NCBI GenBank assembly: GCA_024413595.1
Contig: JAKSUC010000011.1
Location: forward strand, 5,343-69,342
Reading direction: 5' to 3'
Origin: Bacteroidales bacterium
GTDB lineage: Bacteria > Bacteroidota > Bacteroidia > Bacteroidales > UBA3824
Length of the DNA stretch: 64,000 nt
The position numbers were made by a program, and so were the translations under genes. The notes beneath the pieces are model-generated. The model was not told the DNA's origin. It did no database searches and saw nothing but the letters and a program-made list of their open reading frames with translations. Below are positions 30,665 to 40,446 of this stretch, in pieces; position 1 is the first letter of the stretch, and each line of letters opens with the position of its first letter.

Positions 30665-31636
30665 ATGGCAAGAGTAGTTAATCCGATATATGATACAGTA
30701 TTTAAATATATAATGCAAGACCCACGTGTAGCAAAAGTCTTGATTGGTAATATTTTGAATACAAAAATTGTTGATATTTCAATGAACAATAATGAATATT
30801 CTACAACATTACCTAACGGAAAACATATATTTAAATTAGATTTTTCGGCAACAATTCTTAATAAAGACAATCAAAAACAATTAATACATATTGAAGTTCA
30901 AAAAGCCTTAGAAAGTGGTGAAATTATGCGTTTTAGAGAATATCTCGGGGCTTTATATATGGATAATACTAAATGTGATAAAGAAATAATTTCAACTTAT
31001 AAAGGTAGAACTAAAGAAATAGATCATCCTTATCCAATACATTCAATTTATATTTTAGGACACGAACTTGGTGATGGATTGAAATATTCGGTAATGAAAG
31101 GTGAAAATATATTTTTTGACCAACAAGGAAACGTTATAAACGTTCCAGAAAACAATGATTATATCAAAGGTTTAACACACAAAATCACATTTGTGATAGC
31201 TCCACTTACTAAAAATAATGTTAAAACACATTTAGATAAGTTATTAACCATTTTTTGTGAATGTAATCCACAAGATCCAAAACAAGAAATTGAAATCGAC
31301 GAATATTTTGACGACTCTGAAGATTATAAAATTTTGATAAAAGCACTTCAAAAAGCATCTGGTGATAAACAATTGCAAGGTAACTTAAGTTTAGAACAAC
31401 ATGCTTGGAAAAATTTTATTGATTTAGAAAATGAAAATAATGATTTAAAAGAAATTGTTGGTGAACAAAAAAATCAATTAATTGAACAAAAAAATCAATT
31501 AATTGAACAAAAAAATCAATTAATTGAAAAAGATAAAAAAATAGCAAAAAAACTATATACATTAGGAAATAGTCTTGAAGAAATCTCTGAATTTTTATCA
31601 ATTGATATTCAAAATGTAAAAGAATACTTAAAATAA
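30665..31636 (+). CDS. Rpn / PD-(D/E)XK nuclease family 'transposase-like' protein with coiled-coil tail
   Basis: NPIYDTVFKYIM start, LDFSAT..IHIEVQKA..MRFREYL, heptad tail EQKNQLI x3, terminal IAKKL..G.SLEEISEFL HTH-like segment. Confidence 0.75.
   Translation: MARVVNPIYDTVFKYIMQDPRVAKVLIGNILNTKIVDISMNNNEYSTTLPNGKHIFKLDFSATILNKDNQKQLIHIEVQKALESGEIMRFREYLGALYMDNTKCDKEIISTYKGRTKEIDHPYPIHSIYILGHELGDGLKYSVMKGENIFFDQQGNVINVPENNDYIKGLTHKITFVIAPLTKNNVKTHLDKLLTIFCECNPQDPKQEIEIDEYFDDSEDYKILIKALQKASGDKQLQGNLSLEQHAWKNFIDLENENNDLKEIVGEQKNQLIEQKNQLIEQKNQLIEKDKKIAKKLYTLGNSLEEISEFLSIDIQNVKEYLK
31463..31525 (+). repeat. In-frame 21-bp tandem repeat x3 (GAACAAAAAAATCAATTAATT)
   Basis: Three exact copies encoding EQKNQLI. 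Confidence 0.92.
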
Positions 31637-31749
31637 CAAAACAATTTTTTATAGAAACAACATAAGAAACTATAACATCAATTTTTTTTAGTTATTTTTC
31701 AATTATTTTCATATTTCTTATTAAATTGCGAAATATTTAATAAGGAAAA

Positions 31750-34700
31750 ATGAAACTAAAAATATATAAAGCCTCTGCAGGAAGTGGTAAAACCTATAAT
31801 TTAACAGAAAATTATTTAAAATCAGCATTTAAACAATCGTCAGCTAATAGTCAATTATATTCGGCTTTTGCTGATTCAATGGCATTTAGCAAAATTTTGG
31901 CTGTTACTTTTACAAACAAAGCAGCAGGCGAAATGAAAGATCGTATTCTAAAAGAATTAGACAAACTGATTTTAAACGAAAAAAGTAGTTATATTCCTGA
32001 ATTACAAAAGATTTTTCCTAAATTTAAAGAAACTGACATAAGAAACCGAGCACGTCAAATTAGAACAGCAATTCTTCATAATTATACCGATTTTAATTTA
32101 AAAACTATAGATTCGTTTGTTCAAAGAATAGTTCGTGCATTTTGCTACGATATCAATGTTGATAGTGGATATCGTATTGAAATTGATGACGATAAAGTTA
32201 TTAATGATCTTTCTGAAATTTTGTTCTCAAAAATTGACGAAGACGAAAATTTGCAAAGTCAAATGTTGAATTTAGCAGAACAAAATATTGACGAAGGTAA
32301 AAATTGGGATTTTAGAAACCATATTAAACAATTAGCAAAACTGATTTTTACTGAAAAGTTTAAAGAATTAGAAAACAACGAAAATATTGCAGACGAATAT
32401 CTTAGAAAAGAATTTTATGCTAAAATTTCTAAAGACATCAACAATATCTTTGAGTCGTATCAATCACGCTGCAAATCAATAGCTCAACGAAGCAAAGATA
32501 TTTTTAATACATTATTTCATAATTATGCAAAAACGCCAGAAGCATTAGGAAGTAAAGTTAATCCTATCTATAATTATTTAGTAAATTTTTTGATTAGCAA
32601 AAAAATAGACGATTTAATCCCAAAACCTACAGTAGTAAATTCAATAGACAATTTTGACAAATACCTCACAAAAAAAATAGAACCAGAACAAAAAGACTTT
32701 TTGCAAGCAGTTTACGTAAATATAAATCCATTAGTAAAAGAAGCTGTTGAATTATATGAAACTGAATACATTGATTTTATAACAGCAAAAATTATACGTG
32801 ATGATTTTTACGCATTTTCATTAATGGGCGATTTAGCTTCATTATTACCAACTTATCGTCAAGAAAATAAAATGATGCTTGTGAGCGATGCTACTGTTTT
32901 TTTAAATAAAATCATACAAGACAATGATGCTCCATTTATTTACGAACGTGTAGGAAATAAATTTGACCACATTTTTATTGACGAATTTCAAGATACATCA
33001 GGCTTTCAATGGCAAATTTTTAGACCATTAATAGAAAATACTCTTGCTCAAGGATATGATAATATGATTGTTGGTGATGTTAAACAATCTATTTACAGAT
33101 TTAGAGGTGGTGATTGGACTTTGCTACATTCTAAAGTTGAAGAAAATATAGGGAAAAGTTATATCGATTATAAAACTCTAGACACAAATTGGCGAAGTAG
33201 AAAAAATATTATTGATTTTAACGACACTATATTTTTATCAGCTGTTCAAATATTAGAAAACCACGATGACAAAGATAAACCTCTAGATTATACAGAATTA
33301 AAAGATATTTATTCTGATAGTTTTCAAAAATCACCTAATTCACCTAAAATTGGAGGTAAAGTAAAAGGTGTATTTTTTGAAACAGATAAAAAATCTAAAA
33401 AAAGCAAAAAAAGTCAAACAGAACAAGAAGAAACTAACACACAAGATATTAAAACAAAAATCAATGAAAAATATCCTGATTTAGAAATAATATTACCATC
33501 TGAAGAAAAGAGTGAATTTGAAATATTAGCATTGAATTCAATGGCTAAAGAAATCGACACTTTATTAAAATCAAAATATCCAGCAAAAAATATATGTATT
33601 TTAGTTAGAAAAAGACAAGAAGCTGAACTAGTTGTTAATTTTTTATTAAAATATAAGTCAGAAAAACAAGACGCAAAACAATATGATGTTATTTCTGCCG
33701 ACTCATTATATATTTCAAATTCACAAATAGTAACAATTGCAATCAATGCAATGAAAGTTGTAAATAATCCCAACGATTCTATTGCAAAATCAAAACTAAT
33801 ATTCTCATACTCAAAACTGATAAATTCACCTAACACAGACGATGCAATATTTAAAGCTGCATCAAGCGAAACTTTGCCTAAAGGATTTTTACCTGACGAA
33901 TTTTCTGATATTTCAACTAATTTTTCAAGTTTACCATTATATGATTTATGCGAAAAAATTATATCTATTTTTGATTTATATAAATTTATTCACGAGTCAG
34001 AATATTTGAGAACTTTTGAAGATTGTGTATTAGAATTTACAAAAAAATACACATCTGATTTATCTAGATTTATTAAATGGTGGGACGAAAGTGGAATAAA
34101 AACTTCAATTCAGCCTTCCGACAATCAAAATGCTGTAACTGTGATGACAATTCATAAATCAAAAGGATTAGATTTTGGAACTGTATTTATTCCATTTTGT
34201 AATTGGAATATGGAAGAAAACAATCCTTTAACTCCTAAATATATTTGGGTTACCACTCAAGGGAACAACAAATTTTCAAATTTACCAACATTACCTGTAA
34301 AATATAGTAGCAATTTAGATAAATCCCACTTCAAAACTTCATATTACGAAGAAAAACGAAACATGTATGTAGATGCTTTAAATACATTATATGTTGCATT
34401 TACTCGCCCTGTTGACGAACTATACTTCTATTGCGAAATTCCACAAAAAGAAACTATAAAAAATATAGGTGATATGTTGTATTTTTTAATGAAAGATAAT
34501 GTTAACATAAATAGTGAATATCCCATTGTTTCATTATCAGATCATTTTAACGAAAGCGAAAATATCTATTTATCAGACAAACAACACACAATAGACATAG
34601 GACGAAAACAACCAGAAGGTGAAAAATTTCAAATATCACCATTTAAAAATTCATCTTGGGACAATAAATTATCGATAAAATATCATTCATCAGATTTTTT

Positions 34701-35166
34701 TATAAAAAGCAACGAATTTATTCAAGAAAGAATAAATTATGGTTCGTTTATGCACAATATATTATCCAAAATTGAAGTAAAAGAAGACTTACCAATTGTT
34801 TTAGAAGAATTAAAAATGCAAGGACGAATAACCGAAGAACAAAAAATAGAATTAAAACAAAAACTAGAAAAAACCTTTGAAATTCCACAAGTTAAAGAAT
34901 GGTTTAGCAATAAATGGACAAGTATAATAACCGAATGTGCATTATTAACCACAGACGGAAAAATTAGAATCCCCGACCGAGTTATGGTTTCACCAAACGA
35001 AACAATAGTAATAGATTTTAAATTTGGCGAACATCATGACGAATATTTTGACCAAATAAAAGAATATGCTAATTTATTATCAAGCATGAAAAATCCAATT
35101 TATCCAAACATAAAAGCCTACCTTTTTTATGTAGAAAGTGGCGAAATAATCTATGTTGATAAATAA
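31750..35166 (+). CDS. UvrD-family helicase-nuclease (AddA/RecB-like)
   Basis: ASAGSGKT, VTFTNKAAGEMKDRI, IDEFQDTS, VGDVKQSIYRFRG, MTIHKSKGL, YVAFTR; C-terminal RIPDRV..IDFKFG nuclease. Confidence 0.9.
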   Translation: MKLKIYKASAGSGKTYNLTENYLKSAFKQSSANSQLYSAFADSMAFSKILAVTFTNKAAGEMKDRILKELDKLILNEKSSYIPELQKIFPKFKETDIRNRARQIRTAILHNYTDFNLKTIDSFVQRIVRAFCYDINVDSGYRIEIDDDKVINDLSEILFSKIDEDENLQSQMLNLAEQNIDEGKNWDFRNHIKQLAKLIFTEKFKELENNENIADEYLRKEFYAKISKDINNIFESYQSRCKSIAQRSKDIFNTLFHNYAKTPEALGSKVNPIYNYLVNFLISKKIDDLIPKPTVVNSIDNFDKYLTKKIEPEQKDFLQAVYVNINPLVKEAVELYETEYIDFITAKIIRDDFYAFSLMGDLASLLPTYRQENKMMLVSDATVFLNKIIQDNDAPFIYERVGNKFDHIFIDEFQDTSGFQWQIFRPLIENTLAQGYDNMIVGDVKQSIYRFRGGDWTLLHSKVEENIGKSYIDYKTLDTNWRSRKNIIDFNDTIFLSAVQILENHDDKDKPLDYTELKDIYSDSFQKSPNSPKIGGKVKGVFFETDKKSKKSKKSQTEQEETNTQDIKTKINEKYPDLEIILPSEEKSEFEILALNSMAKEIDTLLKSKYPAKNICILVRKRQEAELVVNFLLKYKSEKQDAKQYDVISADSLYISNSQIVTIAINAMKVVNNPNDSIAKSKLIFSYSKLINSPNTDDAIFKAASSETLPKGFLPDEFSDISTNFSSLPLYDLCEKIISIFDLYKFIHESEYLRTFEDCVLEFTKKYTSDLSRFIKWWDESGIKTSIQPSDNQNAVTVMTIHKSKGLDFGTVFIPFCNWNMEENNPLTPKYIWVTTQGNNKFSNLPTLPVKYSSNLDKSHFKTSYYEEKRNMYVDALNTLYVAFTRPVDELYFYCEIPQKETIKNIGDMLYFLMKDNVNINSEYPIVSLSDHFNESENIYLSDKQHTIDIGRKQPEGEKFQISPFKNSSWDNKLSIKYHSSDFFIKSNEFIQERINYGSFMHNILSKIEVKEDLPIVLEELKMQGRITEEQKIELKQKLEKTFEIPQVKEWFSNKWTSIITECALLTTDGKIRIPDRVMVSPNETIVIDFKFGEHHDEYFDQIKEYANLLSSMKNPIYPNIKAYLFYVESGEIIYVDK

Positions 35167-35390
35167 AAACACCAAAAAATGACGAAAAAAATAAGAAATC
35201 ACTATTTTTTAACATAAAAATAATTTATAGAAAAAATACATTAACAATAATAATCTTTACATTTGCATCAAAATTCGAGAAATAAAATAGTTCGCCCGAG
35301 ATGGGTAAAACATTAATATTAAGTACATTATTTTTAAATAAAATTGTTTTCATATCTTGTTTGATTTTAAGTGTTATTTTTTTTTGAAAT

Positions 35391-35417
35391 AAGTCCGGAA
35401 ATTCGCCGGACTTTTTT
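35391..35417 (+). terminator. Terminator-like hairpin immediately upstream of the DUF4301 start
   Basis: AAGTCCGG-aaattcg-CCGGACTT plus T tract, ending ~6 nt before the ATG at 35424. Confidence 0.6.
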
Positions 35418-35423
35418 AATTTT

Positions 35424-36986
35424 ATGGCAAATTCAAAACACCTTAGTATGTATAATAAAAGCGACATCGAATATTTCGAAAATATGGGAATTTCAACAGC
35501 TGAAATTGACCATCAAATCAATTGTTACAAAAGCGGATTTCCATATATGCAACTAATACGTCCTGCCACTGCAAACGACGGTATTAGATGTTTCAGTAAA
35601 GAAGAAACTGAAAAATACGCACAAAAATATGTTAAGGCGTGCAACAACCTAAACGTAGTTAAATTTGTGCCGGCTTCAGGAGCTGCTTCTAGAATGTTTA
35701 AAGATTTATTTGTTTTTGTTTCTGAATTCAACAATTCTCCTGAACAAAAACTTAAATTTAATGATGCTCATTCTCCTGCAAGAAGATTTATCGACAACAT
35801 TGACAGATTTGCTTTTTACGACAAACTTCAAAAAATTGTTTATTCAAAATTTGGATTGTCGATAAAAGAAATGTTGCAAGATCACAAACCTAAAGAATTG
35901 GTTGAATGTGTAATAACTTCTGAAGGTTTAAATTATGGAAATTTGCCTAAAGCATTAATTGATTTTCATAGATACAAAAATTCTTCGCGTACTCCTTTTG
36001 AAGAACACATTGCGGAAGGCATGTTGTATGCTTCTACTAACAAAGAAGTTAAAATTCATTACACTGTTTCTCCTGAACATTTAAAACTTTTCTCTGATTT
36101 TATTGAAAATATTCGTGAAAAATACGAAGAAAAATTTTCATGTAAACTTAATATTTCGTTTTCTACTCAAAAGAAATATACAGATACTGTTGCTGTTGAC
36201 GAAAACAACGAAATTTTTAGAAATGATGATGGGACTCCTCTTTTACGTCCTGCAGGTCACGGTGCTTTAATCGAAAATCTCAATGATTTAGATGCTCAAA
36301 TTGTTTTTATAAAAACTATCGACAATGTTGTTCCTGACAACAAAAAAGAACCTACTATTCTTTATAAACAAGCTTTAGCAGGTTATTTATTAAAAACTAA
36401 AGAAAATATTGATGATTATATAAAATTATTAGAAGATAATCCTACAAGCAAAGTTTTAGACGAAGCATACATTTTTGTTTCTAAAAAACTTTGTACTGAA
36501 TTTGAACCTTCATTTTTATCATTACCAAACAAAGAAAAGGCAAAAACTTTATTATCAAAACTTAAACGCCCTCTTAGAGTATGTGGAATGGTTAAAAACG
36601 AAGGTGAACCTGGAGGTGGTCCATTCTGGACTAAAAATTCTGATGGAACTATTTCGTTACAAATTGTTGAGTCGTCTCAAATCGATAAAAACGATGAAAA
36701 TAGTATGGACATAATGAAAAAATCAACTCATTTTAATCCTGTTGATTTAGTTTGTGACCTTACTGATTGTGAAGGCAAAAAATTTGATTTACGAAAATTT
36801 ACTGATCCAAAAACTGGGTTTATTTCTAACAAATCAAAAAACGGTAAAACATTAAAATCTATTGAACGACCAGGATTGTGGAATGGTGCAATGTCTGATT
36901 GGAATACAATTTTTGTTGAAGTTCCTATCGAAACTTTTTCTCCTGTTAAAACAATTCTTGATTTACTTAGAGAACAACATCAATAA
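35424..36986 (+). CDS. DUF4301 family protein
   Basis: KFVPASGAASRMFK, RPAGHGALIENLN, CGMVKNEGEPGGGPFW, ERPGLWNGAMSDWNTIFVEVP. Confidence 0.88.
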   Translation: MANSKHLSMYNKSDIEYFENMGISTAEIDHQINCYKSGFPYMQLIRPATANDGIRCFSKEETEKYAQKYVKACNNLNVVKFVPASGAASRMFKDLFVFVSEFNNSPEQKLKFNDAHSPARRFIDNIDRFAFYDKLQKIVYSKFGLSIKEMLQDHKPKELVECVITSEGLNYGNLPKALIDFHRYKNSSRTPFEEHIAEGMLYASTNKEVKIHYTVSPEHLKLFSDFIENIREKYEEKFSCKLNISFSTQKKYTDTVAVDENNEIFRNDDGTPLLRPAGHGALIENLNDLDAQIVFIKTIDNVVPDNKKEPTILYKQALAGYLLKTKENIDDYIKLLEDNPTSKVLDEAYIFVSKKLCTEFEPSFLSLPNKEKAKTLLSKLKRPLRVCGMVKNEGEPGGGPFWTKNSDGTISLQIVESSQIDKNDENSMDIMKKSTHFNPVDLVCDLTDCEGKKFDLRKFTDPKTGFISNKSKNGKTLKSIERPGLWNGAMSDWNTIFVEVPIETFSPVKTILDLLREQHQ

Positions 36987-37068
36987 AATTATATAAGTAA
37001 AGTAAAAAATATTTTGATTTTTTACTTTACTTATTTTCTCAAAAACAGAAAAACAGAAAAACAACACA

Positions 37069-38337
37069 ATGTCGCTATTATTAAAAAATGGAACATATAT
37101 AGATATAAAAAATCTAAAATTTTATTCTACAGATATACTTGTAGATGAAAAAACAGAAAGAATACAATTATCTATAAACAATCCATTTACACAAGAACAA
37201 ATAGAAAATGTACAAATAGAAGATTGCACAGGAAAATATATAATGCATTCTTTTGCAGATGGATTTTTACGTCCAGGACTATCATTTTCGTTTGTCAACA
37301 AAAATTACGAAATAAGTCAACCTACATATTTTAAATATGTTAGTAATATATTGTGGAATATAGACTCACAATTAGACAAAGATTTATTGTATGCTTCGTC
37401 GCTATACGCAGCAATGATGTCGGCTAAAAATGGGACAACTTTTGCTATATGTAGAAATGAAACTTCAAAATATATAGAAGGTTCATTATCCACAATAGAA
37501 GAAGCATTTAAACAAGTTGGAGTATCAACATTGTTATCATTTTCAGCAAGCGAAGCCAATGGATACGCCACAGCCGAAAAAATTATAGCAGAAAATCAAA
37601 ACTATTTAACAAATCATCAAGGTCTAATGGGAATTGCAGCTTCTTATTTAGCAAGTGATGATTTATTTGAAACAATATCAAATATTTGCAAAGAAAACAA
37701 TAAAGGTATTATAATAAATACCGCCGAAGATAATATAGATCAAACTAATACAATGCGCGATCATCATAAAAGTGCAATAACTCGCATTTTTGATAGTGGT
37801 TTAATGGATTATAATTCTACCATATTATTAAATGCCAATTATTTGAATGATGAAGAACGTTGTTTTATAAAAAACAAGCCAGCTTGGATTGTTCAAAATC
37901 CATACGGAAATTTAGAAAGAGGTATTATTCCTTTTAATTCAATTTGGCTTGGAAACAAAATTATGATTGGTTCTGACTTTACTCAACAAAGCATTTCGCA
38001 ATGTATGCGTATGGCGTATATGTTATCACTAAATACTGATAATAAAATTAGTGATATAGAAGCTTTTAATAGAATGAATGCAGTACACAATTATATTAAC
38101 GATAATAATTTTATTGGCGATAAAGAAAACAATTTAATAGTGTTTTCTAATAATACACCAATAGAACTTAACTCAGAAAATTTTATCAAACATATTGCCT
38201 ATAATTTTAATGATAGAGATATTAATTTGGTAATTTCTGATGGTAAAATCATTGTTAAAGATAATAAAACTACTTTGATAGACGAAAAAGAAGTAATGAA
38301 AATTTGTTCTGAACAATGTAAAAGAATTAAAAGTTAA
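37069..38337 (+). CDS. Amidohydrolase-superfamily protein (SsnA/chlorohydrolase-like), metal ligands apparently degenerate
   Basis: LLLKNG, IEDCTGKYIM, ILWNIDSQLD, AKNGTT, WIVQNPYGN, IMIGSD, VISDGKIIV framework; no HxH motif. Confidence 0.7.
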   Translation: MSLLLKNGTYIDIKNLKFYSTDILVDEKTERIQLSINNPFTQEQIENVQIEDCTGKYIMHSFADGFLRPGLSFSFVNKNYEISQPTYFKYVSNILWNIDSQLDKDLLYASSLYAAMMSAKNGTTFAICRNETSKYIEGSLSTIEEAFKQVGVSTLLSFSASEANGYATAEKIIAENQNYLTNHQGLMGIAASYLASDDLFETISNICKENNKGIIINTAEDNIDQTNTMRDHHKSAITRIFDSGLMDYNSTILLNANYLNDEERCFIKNKPAWIVQNPYGNLERGIIPFNSIWLGNKIMIGSDFTQQSISQCMRMAYMLSLNTDNKISDIEAFNRMNAVHNYINDNNFIGDKENNLIVFSNNTPIELNSENFIKHIAYNFNDRDINLVISDGKIIVKDNKTTLIDEKEVMKICSEQCKRIKS

Positions 38338-38376
38338 TAATAATAGTTTCAGTAGAAACTAAAAAACAATAATAAT

Positions 38377-39462
38377 ATGTTTAAATTCCTACTAAAACCG
38401 ATATCATGGATTTATGGAATGGTGGTGGCCATTCGTAATTTTTTGTATGATAATAAAGTATTAAAATCACATGAATTTGAAATACCAGTGATTTCAGTAG
38501 GAAATATTGCAGTTGGCGGAACAGGTAAAACTCCACATACAGAATACATAGTTAATTTACTAAAAGATTTATACAACGTTACAATACTTAGTAGAGGTTA
38601 CAAACGTAAAACAAAAGGCTATATTAAAGCTACAAACGAAAGTACTGTAGCTGAAATAGGCGATGAACCAAAACAAATGTCTATAAAATTTAAAGATCAA
38701 GCTAATGTTTGTGTTTGTGAAAATAGATGTAAAGGAATTAAAAATATACTAAAAGAACGAAACGAAAAACAAGTTGTAATTCTTGATGATGCATATCAAC
38801 ATCGCAGAGTTACACCTAGATTAAGTATATTATTAACCGACTATAATAAACCATTTTACGAAGACTCTATGCTTCCATACGGAAATTTACGTGAACCTTC
38901 AAGCCGTTATAACAGAGCTAACATAATTATTGTTACCAAATGTCCTGACAATCTGAAACCAATAGACCGAAGAGTTATTTCTAAACATATAAATTTATTG
39001 CCATTTCAATCAATTTATTTTACCAACTTTAAATATTTAGAAATTAAACCAGTATTTTCAGAACAAACTCAAACAGAGATAAATAAAGACACTGAAATAT
39101 TATTAATAACAGGAATTGCAAATCCTACAACATTAATTCAACATATTCAAAACAAATATTCACAAAAAATCACTCATATTAAATTTGCAGATCATCACAA
39201 TTTTAGTAAACGTGATATTAACAAGATTACAGAAAAATTCGTATCTTTATCACAAAACAAAGTTGTTATTACAACAGAAAAAGATGCAGTTAGACTAATG
39301 GAACAAAACTTTGAACCAACTATCAAAGAAAAAATGTATTATATTCCAATAGAAATCAACTTTGTTTTTGACGACGCAGATAAACTTAATTCACAAATAA
39401 TTAAATATGTTGAAGAAAATAAAACAAACTATCGATTACATACAACAGTGCATCAATTTTGA
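38377..39462 (+). CDS. lpxK: Tetraacyldisaccharide 4'-kinase
   Basis: VISVGNIAVGGTGKTP, LSRGYKR, GDEP, LDDAYQH, FADHH, TTEKDAV. Confidence 0.93.
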   Translation: MFKFLLKPISWIYGMVVAIRNFLYDNKVLKSHEFEIPVISVGNIAVGGTGKTPHTEYIVNLLKDLYNVTILSRGYKRKTKGYIKATNESTVAEIGDEPKQMSIKFKDQANVCVCENRCKGIKNILKERNEKQVVILDDAYQHRRVTPRLSILLTDYNKPFYEDSMLPYGNLREPSSRYNRANIIIVTKCPDNLKPIDRRVISKHINLLPFQSIYFTNFKYLEIKPVFSEQTQTEINKDTEILLITGIANPTTLIQHIQNKYSQKITHIKFADHHNFSKRDINKITEKFVSLSQNKVVITTEKDAVRLMEQNFEPTIKEKMYYIPIEINFVFDDADKLNSQIIKYVEENKTNYRLHTTVHQF

Positions 39463-40216
39463 GCCAGAAATCGGTATAGTACTTGGCACAGGTTTAGGAG
39501 CTTTAGCCAACGAAATTAAAGTTGAAAAAGCTATCCCCTATTCAGAAATTCCTAATTTCCCAGTTTCAACTGTTCAAGGTCACAAAGGACAATTAGTATT
39601 TGGAACTTTAGGTGGTAAAAAAGTGGTTGCAATGCAAGGTCGTTTTCACTATTACGAAGGCTACACAATGCAACAAGTTACATTTCCTATCAGAGTATTA
39701 AAATTTTTAGGTATTAAATTATTGATACTTAGCAATGCTTCTGGTGGAATGAACACATCTTTCCGTGTAGGAGATATTATGGTGATAACCGACCACATAA
39801 ATCATTTTGGAACCAATCCATTAATAGGACCAAATGATGATGAATTAGGACCTCGTTTCCCTGAAATGAGTTGCGCTTACGACCGAAAATACATAAAACT
39901 TGCGTTTGAAATTGCAGAAGAAACCAACATTCATCTTCAACAAGGTGTTTATATGGGTGTAACTGGACCTACTTACGAAACTCCAGCAGAATATCGTTTT
40001 TATGCAAAAGCAGGAGCTGATGCTGTTGGTATGAGTACTGTTCCAGAAGTAATTGTTGCTCGTCACATGGATTTACCATGTTTTGCACTTTCAATTATTA
40101 CAGATATGGGAATTGGTGCTATAGAAAAAGTATCTCACGAAGAAGTTCAAAAAGCAGCTAATGCCGCAGAACCTCGTATGACTACTATCATTAAAAAATT
40201 AATTGAAAGAATTTAA
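39407..40216 (+). CDS. punA: Purine nucleoside phosphorylase I
   Basis: GIVLGTGLG, MQGRFHYYEGY, GPTYETPAE, AVGMSTVPE. Confidence 0.93.
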   Translation: MLKKIKQTIDYIQQCINFEPEIGIVLGTGLGALANEIKVEKAIPYSEIPNFPVSTVQGHKGQLVFGTLGGKKVVAMQGRFHYYEGYTMQQVTFPIRVLKFLGIKLLILSNASGGMNTSFRVGDIMVITDHINHFGTNPLIGPNDDELGPRFPEMSCAYDRKYIKLAFEIAEETNIHLQQGVYMGVTGPTYETPAEYRFYAKAGADAVGMSTVPEVIVARHMDLPCFALSIITDMGIGAIEKVSHEEVQKAANAAEPRMTTIIKKLIERI

Positions 40217-40233
40217 TTCTAATTTTAAAACTT

Positions 40234-40271
40234 AAAAAACATCAATTACATTGTGTAATTGATGTTTTTTT
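40234..40271 (+). terminator. Rho-independent terminator
   Basis: AAAAAACATCAATTACA-ttg-TGTAATTGATGTTTTTT. Confidence 0.8.
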
Positions 40272-40446
40272 ATATAAATACTTCAAAATAATAAAAATAA
40301 CAGAACTATAAGACATAATGATTAAAAAAAATTTAAACAAATAAATTTATCAATTTATACAATTTTTTAATTCCTAAGTTTTAATTATCAAAATCTTTTA
40401 ATACTTTTGCGCAAATAACAATATGTGCATATAAACACTAATAAAA

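Noticed and set aside
31750-35166. Helicase-nuclease as part of a defence system with the upstream Rpn gene
   Set aside because: It has the ordinary AddA-like repair-enzyme architecture; the absence of an adjacent addB is not enough to suggest a new system
39407-39462. 56-nt lpxK/PNP overlap as a frameshift or regulatory feature
   Set aside because: Both proteins look complete; lpxK-PNP adjacency is common in Bacteroidales
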